Positions 1 to 11,596 of a stretch of DNA of 64,000 nt are shown piece by piece. The stretch lies in contig CAVYJC010000008.1 in assembly GCA_963768715.1 (NCBI GenBank), positions 19,831 through 83,830 of the forward strand. Direction: 5' to 3'. Position numbers and translations under genes: made by a program. The DNA comes from an uncultured Bacteroidota bacterium (GTDB lineage Bacteria; Bacteroidota; Rhodothermia; Rhodothermales; DATKEJ01). Numbering within the stretch: the stretch's first letter is position 1; every line of letters starts with the position of its first letter. The notes beneath the pieces are model-generated. The model made no database searches. It was not told where the DNA came from and saw nothing but the letters and a program-made list of their open reading frames with translations.

Positions 1-1086
<1,086 letters not shown>

Positions 1087-1096
1087 CGCTCCCGAT

Positions 1097-1397
1097 ATGT
1101 TGTCTTCTCTTCGAAAATTACTCCGTCGCCGGGGGACGATACTCGTCCTAGGGACTGATAATTCTCGTTTGGGTGCTCTTCCTGGACAGCCACAGCGTGC
1201 TGAACAGGATCCGCTGGCACCGGGAGGTTGATCAACTCAGAGAGGAGAATCAGAAGATGGAGGCGGTCATAACTGAAACGAAAGAAGAGTTGACCCGCCG
1301 AAATGACGAGAAGGAGATCGAGCGCATCGCTCGCGAATCCTATGGGATGCGTCGTGACGGCGAGACGGTGTATCGAGTCGAAGCAGAGAAGGACTGA
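1097..1397 (+). pseudogene. septum formation initiator (FtsB/DivIC family), N-terminal TM helix split by a frame change near 1150
   Basis: GTG 1173..1397 encodes the coiled-coil part (REENQKMEAVITETKEEL..IERIARESYGM). The expected basic N-terminus plus TM helix is split. ATG 1097 gives MLSSLRKLLRRRGTILVLG in another frame, and LIILVWVLFLD follows an in-frame TAG at 1149. Position directly after eno matches the known eno-ftsB synteny. Confidence 0.6.
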
Positions 1398-1409
1398 ACC
1401 ATTTGGAAC

Positions 1410-2373
1410 ATGACTGATCTCGCCGTCGGCGTCGATCTCGGAGGGACGTCCGTGAAGGTCGGTCTGGTCGATCGGAGCGGGAAGATCCTGAAATCGATCC
1501 ATCGGGAGACGGATGCCAAGGCCGGTCCCGAACACGTCCTTCATGAGATAATTACCGGAATAAGGAGCGTACTGGGATCCAAGAGCGACCCTCGCGCCAT
1601 CGGGATCGGTGCTCCGGGATCCGTCACGCTGGATCACACGACGGTGATCCAGCCACCGAATTTTCCAGGTTGGCAGACGGTTAACCTCAGCGAGGAGGTC
1701 GGGAGTGGCCTTGGGAATCGCTGGCCCGTCATTGTAGACAACGATGCCAACGTGGCTGCGCTGGGTTCTGCGTTCTTCGGCGCGGGCCGCGCTTTCGATT
1801 CGTTCATAATGATCACACTTGGAACCGGCGTCGGCGGTGCGATCATCTACGAGAAGAAACTCTTCCGCGGAACGACAGGGGCTGCCGGCGAAATCGGCCA
1901 CGTTTCGATCGACTATGACGGACCCGATGGCCGCTGCGGGAATACCCGGTGTTGATCGAAGCCTACGTCGGCCAGCGCTTCCTTTCGGAACATGCGCGGC
2001 TCCAATTGAAGAAATCATCCAGACAGTCTCGTCTTCAAGTTGATCGGAGGAAAGCAGCAGTGAGCTGAATCCGAAGATTCTCGCGGAAGCTGCTGAACAG
2101 GGTGACGGTCCGGCGGCTGAGATCCTTGCATGGGCAGGCCACAAGCTTGGCTGGGGCCTGGGTTCGGTCGTAAATGTGCTCGACATTCGCAAGATCGTGG
2201 TCGGCGGGGGAGTCTCGGCGGCAGGCGACTTGATACTCGGCCCCGCTCGCGCCGCGCTCGCGCAGGTAGTCATGCCGGGAATGCGCGATGGCGTGGAACT
2301 GGTTAGAGAAACCCTCGGTAACCAGGCGGGTATGTTGGGAGCCGCCCAGTTGGCGTTCGGTCACGAGGGCTAG
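1410..2373 (+). pseudogene. ROK-family sugar kinase (glucokinase-like), multiply frameshifted
   Basis: 1410..1955 has DLGGTSVK and the GHVSID..CGN ROK motif. 2176..2373 has the C-terminal VVGGGVSAAG..GAAQLA. The middle (LIEAYVGQRFLSEHARLQLKK / HPDSLVFKLIGGK / ELNPKILAEAAEQGD) is readable only by changing frame near 1952, about 2010 and about 2060. Confidence 0.8.
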
Positions 2374-2410
2374 TGCGGGAAGCCAGGCCGGGGTATGACT
2401 TGAGGCTGCT

Positions 2411-5081
2411 TTGAAAAACTCGTTGTCGGCAGTCCATAGCACGCTGAGAAAACGCCCGCTCCCCCACGCGACGCGTTGCACTGGGGCCCTGGTCGCAGGC
2501 CTCCTCTCGGCGTGCATGCTTACAACTGAGGCGCTCTGTCAATCGACACCCTCGAAAGACCGTCCACCGGGTGAGCATACAGTCCGTTTTTCGGCGCACG
2601 ATTCGCTCATCGTCATCGTCGGCGACTCGACCCGCGTCGGACGCCTCTTCGGATCGGCTAAGGTCGAAACGTCAGAAATGAACCTCAAGGCGCACCGGAT
2701 CGACATCGCGTTCAAAGAGCAGGAGATTCACGCGGAAGGGCTCTCCACGGACTCCGGGCTCGTAGATCGCCCGGAGTTCGAAAAAGGGGACGAAAAGTTC
2801 TTCGGCAATCAGCTGACGTACAATCTCGAATCCGGCAGAGGACGAGTTGTCGGTGCCCGAACGACACTCGACGAAGGCTACATATATGGTGGCGTGAGCA
2901 AACAGGAGACCGATTCGGTCCTTTACGTAAAAGACGCCATGTTCACGACCTGCGATCGCGAGGGAGATCCGCATTATCATATCTGGACCTCCAGGATGAA
3001 GATCGTAAACGGCAAATGGATCTATACGGGGCCGCTCAATCTTCGCATCCTGCACATTCCTCTCCCGATCTGGCTTCCGTTCGGCTTTCTGCCGGCGACC
3101 GAAGGAAGACGCAGCGGGCCCCTTCCGCCCAATTACGGCGAGGATAGTCGCGGATTTTTTCTGAGAGATTTCGGGTGGTATTGGGCCATTAGCGACTACA
3201 TGGACGTGCAGACTCGATTGGGGATTTGGACCAACGGGAGCTTCCAGATCGCCCCCCAATTCCGCTACAACAAGCGCTACGGCTATTCAGGTCAGGCGTC
3301 GATGGATTGGGTTCGCAGCTACAGCGGTCTGCGCGAGGATCCAGACTTCCAGCAAGCGGATACGTGGTCATTCAGAGCGAATCACACGCAGACAATCGGA
3401 TCGAACGCCACGCTGAATGCCAAGATCGACTACGCAACGTCAAACTACCTCCGGACGGTCTCGAGAGGCTACGACGACCAGGTCAGGCAGACGATCGGAT
3501 CGGACCTGCAGTTCAACCGGCGCTGGAAAGGACGCACGCTGACTGTCTATGCAAACCAGAGGCAGATTCTGACAACGGGAGAAGTCCAGATGACCCTGCC
3601 CCAGGTTTCGTTCTCACAGCAGACCTTGCGCCCGTTCGCATCGGGCGCCTCCTCGCGCTCATCGGGCCTTCTCGAGAGCATCACCGTCGGGTATCGCGGC
3701 AATGTGACGAACCGCTATCGCTTCGTCCGCGACACCTCACTGGCAGGCAGCACGGACATCAACTGGCTGGACGCTCTATTTTCAAACGACAAATACGTCA
3801 AGGCGACGGGCGACGATGCTCGGTTTGACTTTCAGGCATCGCACAGTGTGCCGATCGCAGCGAACTTTTCTGTCAACAGGATTCCCGTCATCAATAAGCG
3901 GCTTCGGCTGAATTTTGCTCCCAGCTTCCAATACAACGAGGACTGGTACCTGCGCACGCAGAATAAGAGATTCGACCCTGATTCGAGCGTCGTGATCGTA
4001 TCCAACGTCTCGGAATTTGCCGCCATTCGACAGTTTTCGACCAGCGTCAATGCCAACACGGAGTTCTACGGGACTTTCCCCTGGCGCATCGGTCCGTTCA
4101 GAACCTTTCGACATGTCGTCAGGCCCAGTGCAAGCATAACGTTCAGGCCGGATTTCTCCTCCGACACATGGGGTTACTATCGCAGCTACACGGCGAAGGA
4201 CGGCACGGTGGTTCGCTACAAAAAGGTGAACGGGACGGTCTATCAGGGAGAACAGAAGACGCTCTCACTTCGACTTGGGAAACGTATTTCAGGCAAAGCG
4301 CGCGTTGCCTGATTCGGTCGTAGCGTCATCGAGTCGGGGCGCCCAGCCGACGCAGCTCCTTTCACTCGATTTTGCATCCGCCTTCAATTTTGCCGCGGAC
4401 TCTCTGAAGTGGGATCCGCTCACTGTTTCTGCTCGAACCAGGGTGCTCGACCGCTTCGACTTCAACCTGAATGCCCGGATGTCGCCGTATGCCACCGACT
4501 CTCTCGGCGGGGATATCGATCGCTACGCATCGGGCCTCTTCCGTTTGACGAACCTGAGCTTTACGGCGAGAACTTCCTTTTCAGGCGGACGAGGAGGGAG
4601 TCCGTCTCGGCCATATTCGGGCATGGGGAGCAGTTACGGGGCGGGGAACGTGTTCTCGGGGACCGACGCAACGGCCGCCGCTCTGAGCCCATTTCGATCC
4701 GACTACCAGAACACTCCGGTTGGATACGCCGACTTCGCGATTCCCTGGTCGCTCTCGGCTGATTTCACCTACAGCCTTTCCAAGTTCCTGCTGACTACGA
4801 CGAAGCGCGCCATCGTGAACACCTCCGTCGACTTTAATCTGACACCCTTGTGGAAAGTGCAGGGAAGAACGGGCTATGATCTGGTGCGGGGCGAAATTGT
4901 GACGACCAACATCACCTTCCTGCACGATTTCCATGACTGGGAGATGGGGTTCAACTGGACTCCTTTCGGCACTTTTGCCTCCTATCAGTTCGACCTGCAT
5001 CTGAAAACCGGACCGCTGAAGGATCTCCTGCGCCTTCGCGTCCCGCAGCAGGACAATCGCTATCAGCAACTGCTCAATTGA
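2411..5081 (+). pseudogene. lptD: LPS assembly outer-membrane protein LptD (Bacteroidetes-type OstA), one frame change near 4271-4283
   Basis: ORFs 2411..4312 and 4275..5081 are contiguous halves of one large beta-barrel protein (signal peptide, OstA-like N-domain, FTTCD.., aromatic-rich C-terminus). Reading ..LSLRLG|NVFQAKRALPD.. needs a 1-nt correction around gggaaacg. Confidence 0.75.
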
Positions 5082-5125
5082 CGTGAGGCACTTCGCCTTC
5101 GCGTCCGCTGCAGACCGGCATGGGA

Positions 5126-5154
5126 TTGTACTATTGTCAAAAACCTAGTATTAT
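5126..5154 (+). promoter_or_regulatory. candidate sigma-70-type promoter (TTGTAC-N17-TATTAT)
   Basis: TTGTAC at 5126-5131, a 17-nt spacer, then TATTAT at 5149-5154. It sits in a locally AT-rich pocket about 90 nt upstream of ATG 5244. Motif match only. Confidence 0.3.
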
Positions 5155-5243
5155 CAATGCGTTAGTGATTCAACCTAGCGGAGGGTCCCCGTAGCAAACC
5201 GGACGGGGGCTGCAGTCACTCAGACACTCACAATAGGGAGGCT

Positions 5244-5540
5244 ATGGTGAGAAAAGTCTTTTGGAGGCGACCCAAACGACGCCCGGAGAAGGAGATCCTT
5301 TCTGATAAGGAGCTCGCGCGGACATTGCGTGAGCGGATCGCAGGCGAGCTGCCGGTTTCAGGACGAAATCGGCTTCGATTCTACGTGCGCGAAGGGGTCG
5401 TGACGATATACGGGTCGGTATTCGGCTCGAAGGACCGTGTATTCGTAAAGCATCTGGTCAGACACACGCCCGGCGTTGCGACTGTTTACGATCACCTGAC
5501 GGTAGAGGAGCATCGATCCGAGCCGCCTACCCACCTCTGA
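5244..5540 (+). CDS. BON domain-containing protein
   Basis: 98-aa ORF with a GGGAGG Shine-Dalgarno sequence 4 nt upstream. BON-like pattern RFYVREGVVTIYGSV..KHLVRHTPGVATVYDHLTV. Confidence 0.55.
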   Translation: MVRKVFWRRPKRRPEKEILSDKELARTLRERIAGELPVSGRNRLRFYVREGVVTIYGSVFGSKDRVFVKHLVRHTPGVATVYDHLTVEEHRSEPPTHL

Positions 5541-5925
5541 CCCAGGCATTGGTTACTTTCTCGAAGCCGAACTTCGGATAGTAGCCGGCTGATCCTGTTG
5601 AGTCGCGAAGCAGGATGTCGGTCCCGTGACAACGTTCGAGCACGGCTGATATCAGGGTCGTCCCGACGCCGACACGCTGAACGTCAGGTTCGACCGCCAG
5701 ATCGCACAAATAACTGAATAGGAGACCGTCGCTCAGAACCCGAGCTATCCCGACGAGTCGGCCGTTGAGCCAGGCGCTGAGGATGAGCGACGACTTCTCG
5801 TACATGGTCCACAGCTCGTCGAGATCTTTGACCGGGCGGAGCAGAGGGGCGCGTCGATACAGTGTGGCGATTGCTGCCGGCGACAGGTCGGTCAGACCTT
5901 CCCTTACCTCGATTTCTTTCAGCAT
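5527..5925 (-). CDS. GNAT family N-acetyltransferase
   Basis: 132 aa. Acetyl-CoA binding motif region LAVEPDVQRVGVGTTLISAVLE and C-terminal YYPKFGFEKV. Confidence 0.8.
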   Translation of the reverse strand: MLKEIEVREGLTDLSPAAIATLYRRAPLLRPVKDLDELWTMYEKSSLILSAWLNGRLVGIARVLSDGLLFSYLCDLAVEPDVQRVGVGTTLISAVLERCHGTDILLRDSTGSAGYYPKFGFEKVTNAWVRGG

Positions 5926-6060
5926 GATGTAGGTTCGTCAGTTCGTTACGCAAAAGTAGTCGTTATGCCACTCGACGCAAAACATGTCGATCGTCAGTAC
6001 CCGTTTTCTCTGAATCACGATTTCCGCTACATTGCGTCACTGCGTTAGCCCGGTCTACCC

Positions 6061-6852
6061 GTGTCAACCGATCAGATTTCCGACAATTATGCGGGGCCGC
6101 CCCGAGGACTGCTGAATCACCTGCATTTCGCGTGGGTGATTCTTTGGGCCGGACTTTCATCAATTCCGTGTGCAATCGCACAGATCGTCGGCCACCTTTT
6201 CGATCCGACGGCCCGCAACTTCCGCCGCTGGGGCGGAGCTTGGGCGCACATCACCCTCAAGATGTCGGGCTACCGCGTATCCGTAGAACGCTCTGCCAAT
6301 CTCGACGCTCACGTGCCGTACGTCTATGTGTCTAATCACCAGACGGGACTCGACATTTGGACGCATCTCGTTGGTATTCCTGGTCCCTTCGGATTCGTAG
6401 CAAAGGCCGAGTTGAAGCGCATTCCCTTTATCGGCATAGCGCTTCGCTTTTCGGCGTCACTCTTTGTCGATCGCAGCACCCCGCGTAAGGCCGTTGCGAG
6501 CATGCGTGAGGCAGCCGAGCGCATCAGGAACGGGAACTCCGTGCTCATTTATCCGGAGGGACGACGTACGTGGTCACCTGAAGTCGACCCCTTTCTCAAA
6601 GGCGCATTCCAGCTCGCCGTTGAGGCGGGCGTTCCGATTGTCCCAACGGCGCTGATCAACACCTACAGGTTATACGACGAGCGCTTCAAGTCGTCGAAAC
6701 CCGGCGTCGTTCGGCTCGTTATTGGGTCGCCGATCGAGACGGAAGGTTTGAACCGGGCGAATATTCCGGAACTGATGGAGCGCGTGAAAGACTTTATTGA
6801 GTCTGAGATACGCGCGTCGGGGATGCCTCCCTCCGATCCTGCAGGGCGTTAG
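6061..6852 (+). CDS. plsC: 1-acyl-sn-glycerol-3-phosphate acyltransferase
   Basis: HXXXXD acyltransferase motif (SNHQTGLD), FVAKAELK and YPEGRRT blocks. Confidence 0.85.
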   Translation: MSTDQISDNYAGPPRGLLNHLHFAWVILWAGLSSIPCAIAQIVGHLFDPTARNFRRWGGAWAHITLKMSGYRVSVERSANLDAHVPYVYVSNHQTGLDIWTHLVGIPGPFGFVAKAELKRIPFIGIALRFSASLFVDRSTPRKAVASMREAAERIRNGNSVLIYPEGRRTWSPEVDPFLKGAFQLAVEAGVPIVPTALINTYRLYDERFKSSKPGVVRLVIGSPIETEGLNRANIPELMERVKDFIESEIRASGMPPSDPAGR

Positions 6853-6927
6853 GCGGTGAGGCGCCGGGAAAGTATCTTCCCAACCCGTCCGGTTACAAGC
6901 GAAACCTGAACCACAAGAAGAATAACC

Positions 6928-7671
6928 TTGTCTGACCTGGTCAACTACGAAGCGTCCCGCTACGGGCACAATCTGAAGATCGCGCTCCGAGCGCTGCTGA
7001 ACCGGATCTACACGAGCGCTCAAAGGGAGAAAAGCGTTGTGGAGCAGTTTCACAAGCTCTACTACGACGCGAATCTTTTCGGAAAGACATGGCGCGAGAC
7101 GTACTGGATGGGGGCGCACGTTGCCAAGTGTCCGCTCGACCTTTGGCTGTATCAGGAGATCATCTTCCGTAATCGCCCGGACGTGATCGTTGAGTGTGGA
7201 ACGCTTCACGGAGGGTCCGCGGGTTACATGGCGTCCCTTTGTGATCTCGTTGGATCGGGTCGCATCGTCACAATCGACGTCCGCGAACGGGAGGGGAGGC
7301 CGGTCCATGACAGAATCACCTATCTGACCGGGTCGTCTACCGACGCGGAAACGGTCGCCCGGGTACGAGCCGAGATCAAGCCCGGCGAAACGGTGATGGG
7401 CATTCTCGACTCCGATCACCGCAGGGACCACGTGCTCGACGAGCTGCGGATATACAAAGACATCGTCACGCCGGGACAGTTTTTGATCGTCGAGGATACC
7501 AATTTGAACGGGCATCCAGTGGCGCCGGAGTTTGGGCCGGGTCCGATGGAGGCGTTGGAGGCCTTCCTGGAAGAGAACGACGAGTTCTTCCAGGACCGGG
7601 AGACGGGGGAGAAGTTCTATCTCACGTTCAATCCCGGTGGATACCTCGTCAAACGCAAAACCGATTCTTGA
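6928..7671 (+). CDS. CmcI/cephalosporin-hydroxylase-family SAM-dependent methyltransferase
   Basis: WMG..KCPLDLWLYQEII...PDVIVECGTLHGGSA..IVTIDV is the typical CmcI-family N-terminal signature. Confidence 0.6.
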   Translation: MSDLVNYEASRYGHNLKIALRALLNRIYTSAQREKSVVEQFHKLYYDANLFGKTWRETYWMGAHVAKCPLDLWLYQEIIFRNRPDVIVECGTLHGGSAGYMASLCDLVGSGRIVTIDVREREGRPVHDRITYLTGSSTDAETVARVRAEIKPGETVMGILDSDHRRDHVLDELRIYKDIVTPGQFLIVEDTNLNGHPVAPEFGPGPMEALEAFLEENDEFFQDRETGEKFYLTFNPGGYLVKRKTDS

Positions 7672-7678
7672 GAAAGTC

Positions 7679-7966
7679 ATGTCCGTTACGGTTGAAGAAG
7701 TGCGACATATTGCGAGGCTGGCAAGGCTCCGCTTGACGGAAGTCGAAGAAGTGGGGATGGCGGATCAGTTGTCGAAGATTCTCGACTATATCGAGCAGCT
7801 GAACGAGCTCGATACCTCCGGCGTTGAGCCCATGTCTCACGTTCTCGATCTGGTGAACGCGACGAGGGACGACATCGTCGAGCAGAGGATCTCGCACGAG
7901 GACGCGCTGAAGAACGCACCCGCGGCGGATTCCGATTACTTTCGCGTTCCGCGTTTCGTCGAATAG
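7679..7966 (+). CDS. gatC: Asp-tRNA(Asn)/Glu-tRNA(Gln) amidotransferase subunit C
   Basis: Internal ATG 7679 of ORF 7532..7966 gives a 95-aa protein MSVTVEEVRHIARLARLRLTEVE...LDTSGVEPMSHV, which is GatC-like. Confidence 0.9.
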   Translation: MSVTVEEVRHIARLARLRLTEVEEVGMADQLSKILDYIEQLNELDTSGVEPMSHVLDLVNATRDDIVEQRISHEDALKNAPAADSDYFRVPRFVE

Positions 7967-7978
7967 CGGGACGGTACA

Positions 7979-10504
7979 ATGGCATCGAAAGGCAAAGCTT
8001 CGTCGAAACGAGGCGCAAGAAGGACGAAAGGCGGGGCCGTTGTCGAACCCGCTTCTGGTGGTTTCTGGAGCCACCTCCCCGTGCGAACGCAGCATTTGAC
8101 GCTTCTCGCCGTGCTGCTTGCCGTGAGCGCGGTCTTCTTCGCGCCCGCTACCTTCGAGGGGAAGACGCTCGTCGGTTCCGATACGCTCCAAAGCCGGGCC
8201 ATGGCCAAGTCCATGGTGGACTATCACAACGAGACTGGAGAGGATGCACTCTGGGCCACGAATCTCTTTTCGGGGATGCCGGGCTACCTGATTATGTATC
8301 CGAGGGTCGCACTCCAGATCGACAACATCATGTTCTGGTTCCGGCGCCACCTCTGGCCCACCGCCCAGTTTTTCCTGCTGCTCGCAGGCGTGTACGTGTT
8401 GGTGTACACGCTCTCCTCGAATCCGCTTGCAGCGTTGATCGCGGCGCTTGGCGCGGGACTGACGACGTATATCCCGATTATTCTCGCGGTGGGTCACACG
8501 TCGAAGTTCATGGCCATCTCGTGGGCTCCATGGCTCATGACGGCTTTCGTCTACATATTGCGGAAACCCCGTTTGATCGGCGCCGCTGTCTTCGCCATTC
8601 TTCTGGCGGTGGAGCTGCGTGCAGGCCACCCGCAAATCACCTACTATGCGGCGTGGCTCTTCGGACTCTGGTGGATCGTCGAGGCCGTAGCGGCATTCCG
8701 TAGTGGAGCCTCGAAGCAATTCGTTTCCGCCTCAGCAGTCCTTGCGCTTGGAACGGTGCTGGCCATCCTGATGGTCGCCCAACCTTACTGGGCGCAATTC
8801 GAGTACAAGCAATTCTCGACCCGCGGCGGCGGTGCCGTACCCGGGGGCGAATCAACCGGTCTGGCGTGGGACTACGCCATGAATTGGAGTGAAGGCAAGG
8901 TCGAGATCCTCACGTTGTTGATCGCCGGTCTCTTCGGTGGCGGAAGTGGCACCGGCGCCTACTGGGGCGTAAAGCCGTTTACGGAGGGGCCTCACTACCT
9001 GGGAGGAATCATTCTCCTGCTTGCGCTGATTGCCATAGTGGGACGTCGAAGCCGCGCGGTATACGGCTTGACCATTGGCGCTTTCGTTCTGACGCTTTTC
9101 TCGTTCGGCAAGCATGCTGCGTGGTTCAACCGGCCGTTCTTCGATCATTTCCCACTGTTCAGTGCGTTTCGAGCCCCCGAAATGTGGTTGCATATGGTCG
9201 AGCTCAGCCTGGCTGTCCTCGCAGGACTGGGCGCAGCCTATCTCGTGGGCAAAGACAGGGACTCCAATCGAAAGAAGAACGTGCTGGTCTCGGTTGGATG
9301 CGTGCTCGGTCTGAGCCTTTTCCTGACGCTCGGAGGAAATTCGATGTTTTCCTTTGAGCGTCCAGGGGAAGGGATACGGGCGGCACAGCAGCTGGCGGCG
9401 CGACAGCAGCTCTCGCCGGGCGATCCCGCCGTTCAGCAGGCCGTGGCGCGCTACCTCGTCAACGTGAAGACGGCGCGAGAGGATCGGTTCAAGAGTGACG
9501 CCTTCCGAACGACGTTGATACTTCTCCTCGCCGCGGCACTGATCTGGCTCTACTTCCGCGGAAAAGTCAAACCGTGGGCGCTCCTGTCGGTACTTGCTCT
9601 GCTCGTGCTAATCGATCTCTGGGGCGTCGGGAAGCGCCACCTGACCGAGGCGAACTACACAGACGGGACGGTCGACGATCAAATCCAGGAATACGGGTTC
9701 GATCGGTTTATTCTCGATCGGATCGACGAGGCCGGAGGGGCCGGCCATTTTCGAGCGCTATCTCTTGAGCAGAGTCCCGTGAACTGGGCACGGCCGGCCT
9801 TCTTTTATGAGACATCAGGAGGGTATAACGCGGCGAAACTTCAGGTTTATCAAGATTTTATAGACAATATTTTCTTTGACAAGGCGACAGGGCAGCCGAC
9901 GCTTCTTGGGCTGGATCTCTCGGCCACGCGATACGTTGTGTCTGATCATCCAATTCTCGGCCTCTCCGTAGCATACAGAGATCCGTCCGGATGGCTTGTC
10001 CTCGAACGATCGGGGGGACGCGCCCGTACCGGATTCGTCGGTGAGTTCAGCGTCATCACGGACGCAGAGGAAACGTACGCAGCACTGAAGAGTGGCGTTT
10101 TCGATCCGGAACTGCAGGCCGTGGTCGCCGAGGATCCGGGGATTTCTATGGCGCCGGTAGATTCTAGCTCGACGGTGGATGTTGCGCTCGAGACCTATGG
10201 GCCGCGTGAAATTGTGTGGGACGTCGAAACGGACGCGCCGAGACTGCTCGTGACAAGCGAGGTCTTCTATCCGGCTGGCTGGAAAGCATTTGTTGATAAC
10301 TCGGAGGTTCCGATTCTTCAGACGAATCACACGTTCCGGAGTGTTGCCGTGCCTGCCGGGGCCCATCAGGTGCGGATGGTGTTTGATCCACGAGCCCACG
10401 AACTAAGCAGCTGGATTGCCATCATTGCGACGATTTTTGTCTATGGCTGGCTGGTCCTCTTCGCCGGATTTGTCTGGTTCAGGAACAAGAAGAAACACGA
10501 CTGA
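7979..10504 (+). CDS. YfhO-family polytopic membrane protein (putative glycan/lipid-linked glycosyltransferase)
   Basis: 841 aa with many predicted TM helices. N-terminal WATNLFSGMPGYLI block typical of YfhO-like proteins. Neighbours are envelope-sugar genes. Confidence 0.5.
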   Translation: MASKGKASSKRGARRTKGGAVVEPASGGFWSHLPVRTQHLTLLAVLLAVSAVFFAPATFEGKTLVGSDTLQSRAMAKSMVDYHNETGEDALWATNLFSGMPGYLIMYPRVALQIDNIMFWFRRHLWPTAQFFLLLAGVYVLVYTLSSNPLAALIAALGAGLTTYIPIILAVGHTSKFMAISWAPWLMTAFVYILRKPRLIGAAVFAILLAVELRAGHPQITYYAAWLFGLWWIVEAVAAFRSGASKQFVSASAVLALGTVLAILMVAQPYWAQFEYKQFSTRGGGAVPGGESTGLAWDYAMNWSEGKVEILTLLIAGLFGGGSGTGAYWGVKPFTEGPHYLGGIILLLALIAIVGRRSRAVYGLTIGAFVLTLFSFGKHAAWFNRPFFDHFPLFSAFRAPEMWLHMVELSLAVLAGLGAAYLVGKDRDSNRKKNVLVSVGCVLGLSLFLTLGGNSMFSFERPGEGIRAAQQLAARQQLSPGDPAVQQAVARYLVNVKTAREDRFKSDAFRTTLILLLAAALIWLYFRGKVKPWALLSVLALLVLIDLWGVGKRHLTEANYTDGTVDDQIQEYGFDRFILDRIDEAGGAGHFRALSLEQSPVNWARPAFFYETSGGYNAAKLQVYQDFIDNIFFDKATGQPTLLGLDLSATRYVVSDHPILGLSVAYRDPSGWLVLERSGGRARTGFVGEFSVITDAEETYAALKSGVFDPELQAVVAEDPGISMAPVDSSSTVDVALETYGPREIVWDVETDAPRLLVTSEVFYPAGWKAFVDNSEVPILQTNHTFRSVAVPAGAHQVRMVFDPRAHELSSWIAIIATIFVYGWLVLFAGFVWFRNKKKHD

Positions 10505-10507
10505 CCT

Positions 10508-11587
10508 GTGCGTGCGATGCGAGTTCTGGCAGTTGTCGGCGCACGTCCTCAGTTCGTAAAGGCGGCCGAGTTTGCGAGGGCATGCTCGGATGCCGGTGTT
10601 GACCACGTGCTCGTCCACACAGGGCAGCATTACGACGATGAATTGAGTCGCATCTTCTTCGAGGATCTCGGCATCCCTGACCCCGACGTAAATCTCGGCG
10701 TCGGCTCTGCCAATCATGCCAATCAGACAGCTGAGATGATGCGCGGCCTGGATGCATTTCTAAATGGTGTCGACGAGCTACCGGATTGGGTGGTCGTATT
10801 CGGCGACACAAACTCGACGCTTGCGGCGGCGCTGGTAGCGGTAAAGCGTGGTTTGCCGGTGGCACACGTCGAGGCGGGCCTGCGATCTTATGACAGCGGC
10901 ATGCCGGAAGAGATCAATCGCCTTCTTACAGACCGTATGGCGTCGGCGCTGTTTTGTCCGACCGAACAATCCGTACAGAATCTCGCCAAAGAGGGATGCG
11001 TGGACGGTGTGCACCTGACGGGTGACGTGATGTACGATTCGCTCCAAAGACACAAGGAGGCGGCTCTCGGTCGCTATGCCCATCCGATGGATGGGAAGCC
11101 GTTCAATCTTGTGACGGTTCACCGGGCGGAGAACACGGACGATCGAAACCGACTCGAGAAGATTCTGGCGTGCCTTGCCGCGTCCCCTTTGCCGGTGCTA
11201 TGGCCAGTGCATCCGCGCACCAAAGATCGCCTGGCTCAGTTCGATCTGTCGACTCCAGGGAATGTAGTCGTCGTGCCTCCTGTAGGCTATTTGGAAATGC
11301 TCGCGTGTCTTCAATATTGCGAGCGCGTTATTTCAGACTCGGGCGGTCTGCAAAAAGAGGCGTACTGGCTTGGACGGCCGTGTATCACGCTGCGATCGAC
11401 CACGGAATGGCCCGAGACGTTGGAGGGCGGCTGGAATGTTCTTGTGGACGTCGATTTGGACAGGTTCGCAAAGTATATAGCGGCGTCGCCGAGAGATTCC
11501 GGGACGATGAGCTCCAGCAAAACGCCTGCTGCCGCTGAGATGGTTCACTGTTTGGTTTCTCGGCCGGCCAACCGAAATGACGACTAA
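10508..11587 (+). CDS. wecB: UDP-N-acetylglucosamine 2-epimerase (non-hydrolysing)
   Basis: VVGARPQFVKAA.., HTGQHYD..LS..FF..L, GDTNSTLAAALVA and HVEAGLRS motifs. Confidence 0.9.
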   Translation: MRAMRVLAVVGARPQFVKAAEFARACSDAGVDHVLVHTGQHYDDELSRIFFEDLGIPDPDVNLGVGSANHANQTAEMMRGLDAFLNGVDELPDWVVVFGDTNSTLAAALVAVKRGLPVAHVEAGLRSYDSGMPEEINRLLTDRMASALFCPTEQSVQNLAKEGCVDGVHLTGDVMYDSLQRHKEAALGRYAHPMDGKPFNLVTVHRAENTDDRNRLEKILACLAASPLPVLWPVHPRTKDRLAQFDLSTPGNVVVVPPVGYLEMLACLQYCERVISDSGGLQKEAYWLGRPCITLRSTTEWPETLEGGWNVLVDVDLDRFAKYIAASPRDSGTMSSSKTPAAAEMVHCLVSRPANRNDD

Positions 11588-11596
11588 TCTGGCTGA

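Noticed and set aside
6670-8719. Two long minus-strand ORFs (6670..7680, 336 aa; 7649..8719, 356 aa)
   Set aside because: They are antisense to the CmcI-like, gatC and YfhO genes and are Arg/His/Pro-rich with no motifs. They are an artefact of high GC. The same reasoning applies to 28066..29094, 33541..34521, 50753..51625, 56675..57427 and 61775..62878.
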